This document shows positions 60,471 through 64,000 of a stretch of DNA of 64,000 nucleotides, piece after piece. The DNA lies in assembly GCA_963734495.1 (NCBI GenBank), contig CAVTHK010000011.1, forward strand, positions 640,001 through 704,000. Direction: 5' to 3'. Every line of letters begins with the position of its first letter. The first letter of the stretch is position 1. The notes beneath the pieces were generated by a model. That model was not told where the DNA came from and made no database searches. It was given only the letters and a program-made list of their open reading frames with translations. The position numbers and the translations under genes were made by a program. This DNA is from an uncultured Spirochaetota bacterium. GTDB taxonomy: Bacteria > Spirochaetota > Spirochaetia > SZUA-6 > CAVTHK01.

Positions 60471-61148
60471 ATGCACGCCAGGGAGTTCAAGGACGCAGCC
60501 TTTGCGCAGTTCGCCCGCATCGCGGCGGCCTTTGCCAGCCCCAAGAGGATCGAGATCATCGACGTGCTGGCTCAGGGTGAACGGAACGTCGAGACTCTCG
60601 CGGCACAAACCGGGCTGACGATCGCCAACGCGTCCCGGCATCTGCAGGTGCTCAAGAGCGCGGGTCTGGTGAATGCGCGGAAAGACGGCGTGCAGGTCAT
60701 TTACCGAACCGCGAGCCGTGGAGTCCTCGATGGATACCGCGCGCTCAGGTCTCTTGCCGAGGAGCGGCTCGCTGACGTAGACCGTCTCGTGCGCGACTAC
60801 TTTGGCGACGCCGACGGCGTCGAGCCTGTCACGCGCCGGGAGTTGATCAAGCGCAGCCGTCGCAGTGAGGTGACCGTCATCGACGTGCGTCCGGACGAGG
60901 AGTTCTCGGCCGGGCACATCGCAGGTGCACTTTCACTCCCCCTCGGATCCCTGGAGAGGCTTCTTTCGAAGGTACCCCGTGACAAGGAGGTGGTGGCGTA
61001 CTGCCGCGGACCTTACTGCGTGCTGGCCGCCGAAGCTGTGCGCATGTTGCGGAAGAAAGGGTACGGCGCACGGCGGCTCGAGGAAGGCTATCCGGAGTGG
61101 CACGATGCCGGCTTGCCCGTGGCGTCGGGGTCGACGGCTGCCCGTTGA
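60471..61148 (+). CDS. ArsR/SmtB transcription factor fused to a rhodanese domain
   Basis: SPKRIEII...ASRHLQVLK HTH; IDVRP.EEF..GHI.GA and YCRGPYC rhodanese loop. Confidence 0.93.
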   Translation: MHAREFKDAAFAQFARIAAAFASPKRIEIIDVLAQGERNVETLAAQTGLTIANASRHLQVLKSAGLVNARKDGVQVIYRTASRGVLDGYRALRSLAEERLADVDRLVRDYFGDADGVEPVTRRELIKRSRRSEVTVIDVRPDEEFSAGHIAGALSLPLGSLERLLSKVPRDKEVVAYCRGPYCVLAAEAVRMLRKKGYGARRLEEGYPEWHDAGLPVASGSTAAR

Positions 61149-61172
61149 GAAAATGCAACAGGAGAATGCCAG

Positions 61173-61526
61173 GTGAAGATGTTGTTGATTCTGAATGACC
61201 CGCCGTACGGCAGCGAGCGGTCCTATAACGCGCTGCGTCTGGCTTCATCCGTGGCGAAGGCGGACCCGTCGGCCGAGCTTGTCGTCTTCCTCATGGCAGA
61301 TGCCGCGTCAGCGGCCAAGTCCGGCCAGCAGCCGCCCAACGGCTACTACAACCTGGAGCGCATGCTCAAAGGCCTCACCGTCAAAGGTGCCCGGGTGCTG
61401 CTGTGCGGGACGTGCATGGATGCGCGCGGCCTGCAGGACGACGATCTGCTGGAAGGCTGCAAGCGGAGCTCGATGGATGAGCTCACCCAGATCACGCTCG
61501 CTGCCGACAAAGTCCTGGTGTTCTGA
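61173..61526 (+). CDS. DsrE/YchN family sulfur-relay protein
   Basis: PPYGSERSYNALRLA, VFLMADA, LCGTCMDARG and ADKVLVF. Confidence 0.9.
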   Translation: MKMLLILNDPPYGSERSYNALRLASSVAKADPSAELVVFLMADAASAAKSGQQPPNGYYNLERMLKGLTVKGARVLLCGTCMDARGLQDDDLLEGCKRSSMDELTQITLAADKVLVF

Positions 61527-61539
61527 GGAGGGCACATCG

Positions 61540-62685
61540 ATGGCCGTGCTGATTCTGGGAGGAGGGGTGGGCGGCCTGGTAGCCGCGCGATCGCTGCGGC
61601 GCCGCCTTTCACGACGGCACCGCATCATCGTCGTAGACCGCGAGCGCGACTTCTCCTTTGCTCCCTCTTATCTCTGGGTCATGACGGGCTCGCGTCTCCC
61701 AAAGCAGATCACACGGTCGAGGAGTCGGCTCGAGGCGGCCGGCATCGAAGTAGTCACCGGCGAGCTGCAGCGGATCGACCCAGCCAAACGAGAGGTCGTG
61801 GTGGACGGACGGCCGATCTCCGCGGACACCATGGTGGTGGCGCTCGGCGCAGAGCTCGCTGAGGGCGCCATTCCCGGGCTCTTTGAGGGTGGCGAGACCT
61901 TTGCCACGCTCGACGGGGCCGTGAGGCTGAAGTCAGCCCTTTCGAGTCTGCGGGATGGACGCGTGCTTTTCCTCACCGCTGCGCCGTCGTACAGGTGCCC
62001 TGCCGCTCCCTACGAAGCCGCGCTCCTGCTCGACGCGTACTGGCGCCATCAAGGGGTCCGCGACAAGGTGACTCTCGAGTTCTACGCCGCGGAGCCGGGC
62101 CCGATGGGAGTCGCGGGGCCGGAGGTTTCGGCCGCCGTACGGGCGATGATTCAGTCACGAGGGATCGGGTACCATCCGGAGCAGCAGGTCACTGCCGTGG
62201 AACCGGGCGCCCGGGTCGCGCGGTTCGCCGGCGGCAACACCATCCCGTACGACCTGCTGATCTTCACGCCCCCCTACCGCGCGCCTCGTGTCGTGCGGGA
62301 CAGCCAGCTTGCTGGTGACGGTGGCTGGATCGCGGTAGACCGCAATAGTCTCGAGACCCGATTCCCGCAGGTCTACGCAATAGGCGACGTCACGTCGATT
62401 CCGCTCTCGATGGGCAAGCCGCTGCCCAAGGCGGGCGTCTTCGCCCACGGTCAGGGGACAGTTGTGGCTGCGAACATCGCAGCCGCGATCAGCGGCAGGC
62501 GCGGCGATGCGCGCTTCGACGGCCACGGAGGGTGCTTTGTCGAAGCCGGGGCCGGGCGAGCAGGGTATGGCGCGGGCAACTTCTTTGCGGAGCCCAAGCC
62601 CGCCGTGCGACTTCGCGGTCCCGGTGTCGGCTGGCACCTGGCGAAGGTTGCCTATGAGAAGTACTTCCTCCGGACGTGGGCATGA
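61540..62685 (+). CDS. FAD-dependent sulfide:quinone oxidoreductase / flavocytochrome c sulfide dehydrogenase-like protein
   Basis: GGGVGG, YRCPAAPYE, YAIGDV, PKAGVFA, GGCFVE and AKVAYEKY; RBS GAGGAGG. Confidence 0.85.
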   Translation: MAVLILGGGVGGLVAARSLRRRLSRRHRIIVVDRERDFSFAPSYLWVMTGSRLPKQITRSRSRLEAAGIEVVTGELQRIDPAKREVVVDGRPISADTMVVALGAELAEGAIPGLFEGGETFATLDGAVRLKSALSSLRDGRVLFLTAAPSYRCPAAPYEAALLLDAYWRHQGVRDKVTLEFYAAEPGPMGVAGPEVSAAVRAMIQSRGIGYHPEQQVTAVEPGARVARFAGGNTIPYDLLIFTPPYRAPRVVRDSQLAGDGGWIAVDRNSLETRFPQVYAIGDVTSIPLSMGKPLPKAGVFAHGQGTVVAANIAAAISGRRGDARFDGHGGCFVEAGAGRAGYGAGNFFAEPKPAVRLRGPGVGWHLAKVAYEKYFLRTWA

Positions 62686-62725
62686 CGATCCTGTCTCCTG
62701 GACCGCAATGCGGCGGCGGCCGCCT

Positions 62726-63855
62726 TCAGATGAAGGCTTCTCGCCCCGTGTACTTTGCCACCGCTGCCGCGTCGAGCGCGATCCCCAGGCCGGGCTTGTC
62801 GGGGATCGCCAGCATGCCGTCGGCGTCCAGCTTCCACTCGTCGGCGACGATCTCGTCCACGTAGGGCGAGCCGATCAGGTACTCGACGAGGTCGGTGCCG
62901 GCGAACGCCGAGGCGAGCTGCAGGTCGGCCGCCAGCCCGACCGCGGTGTTCCAGCCGTGCGGGATGAAGCGCACGCCGTGGTCCTCGGCCATCCAGGCGA
63001 TGCGCCGCTCCTCGCTGATGCCGCCGACCTTGGTGACGTCGGGCTGCACGATGTCGAGCGCGCCGGCCTCGAGCCAGGGCAGGAAGGACTGCCGGCGCGT
63101 GAGCACCTCGCCGCCGGCGATGGGGACGCGCGACCTGCGGCGCAGCTCGACGTAATCCTCGAGGGCGTCGGGCTTGAGCGGCTCCTCGAACCAGGCGACG
63201 TCGTACTCCGCGAGCATCTCCGCGGTGCGCAGGGCCCACTTGTAGCCGTTCGCCCAGAAGGCGTCGCTGCCGCCGGCATCGACCATGAGCAGCACGTCGG
63301 CGCCGACGGCGTCGCGGGCCGCGCGCACGATCGCCTCGTCCAGCGCGGCGCTTCGCCGGCCGAACGGGCCCCAGCCGATCTTGAAGGCCCGGAAGCCCCT
63401 GGCCTTCCACGCAAGCAGCACCTCGGCCAGCGCCGCAGGCTCCTGCATCAGGAGCGAAGCGTAGGGCCTCACCCGCTCGCGGTAGCGGCCGCCCAGCAGC
63501 CGCCCGACGGGCTGGCCGGTTGCCTTGCCCAGGATGTCCCAGAGGGCGATGTCGATGCCGCTGATGGCGTGGGTGATCGAGCCGCCGCGGCCCAGCCAGA
63601 AGGTGTTCTGGTGCAGCTTCTCGCTGACCCGCTCGGGCTCCAGCGCGTTCTCGCCCTCGTAGAGCGGCCGCAGCACCGCGAGCGCGGCGCGCACCAGGTC
63701 GTCGTTGGTGAAGACGCTCCCAAGCCCGTGAGCCCTTCGTCGGTGAGCACGGCGACCAGCGTGTGGACGCAGTCGTCGGGCTTGAGCTCCTCGGTCCAGC
63801 CGCCTTCGGGCGTGGCGCCGCGGAGACCGACCGCGCGGATTTCGCGGATCTTCAT
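62726..63855 (-). CDS. Mandelate racemase/muconate lactonizing enzyme family protein; apparent 1-nt deletion near 63720
   Basis: MKIREI...TDEGLTGLG joins SVFTNDDLVRAAL if one G is added; ALWDILGK, FKIG, MVDAG, FEEP, AGGE, QPD and PHGW. Confidence 0.88.
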
Positions 63856-63869
63856 GACGCGCCCTCCTC

Positions 63870-64000
63870 CTACCAGCGGATGTGCGACTGCACCGGCCCC
63901 GAGTGCTGGTCCGATCGCTCCGCGATCGGCCAGTCGCGCCACTCGTCGACCAGCTCGACCAGGCGCGAGACGGCGGCCTCGAAGACGATGCGCCCCTTTT
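63870..64000 (-). CDS. C-terminal end of an upstream gene, possibly creatininase family (partial)
   Basis: Manual translation KGRIVFEAAVSRLVELVDEW...HIRW*; the KG..F...V..L helix resembles creatininase C-termini. Confidence 0.5.
   Translation of the reverse strand, partial: KGRIVFEAAVSRLVELVDEWRDWPIAERSDQHSGPVQSHIRW

Overview
High-GC bacterial window, gene-dense and dominated by carbohydrate catabolism: four CUT1 ABC importers, a GH31 alpha-xylosidase, two divergent GH38-like hydrolases, isomerases, a kinase, three Gfo/Idh/MocA dehydrogenases and two enolase-superfamily enzymes. The solute-binding-protein signal peptides suggest a free-living Spirochaetota host (inference only). Three modules stand out. 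(1) A translationally coupled ECF sigma / single-TM anti-sigma / exported caspase-like protease operon (37.1-40.5 kb). The protease has an intact His-Cys dyad, glycine-rich beta-solenoid-like repeats and a beta-barrel-like C-terminus, and it shares a T-R-x-K-G motif with the anti-sigma. This is the best candidate for an undescribed trans-envelope proteolytic signalling system. (2) A complete but divergent F-type ATP synthase operon (atpBEFHAGDC, no atpI, degenerate DELSEED loop, short epsilon) coupled to an AGE-epimerase-like gene. (3) A compositionally distinct segment with an MNT-HEPN toxin-antitoxin pair and an ArsR-rhodanese/DsrE/SQR-like sulfur cluster. About nine single-base indels break otherwise intact genes, mostly in G/C runs, and are most simply sequencing errors. 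No rRNA, tRNA, CRISPR array, transposase or integrase was recognised. All product calls come from motif recognition by eye, not database searches.
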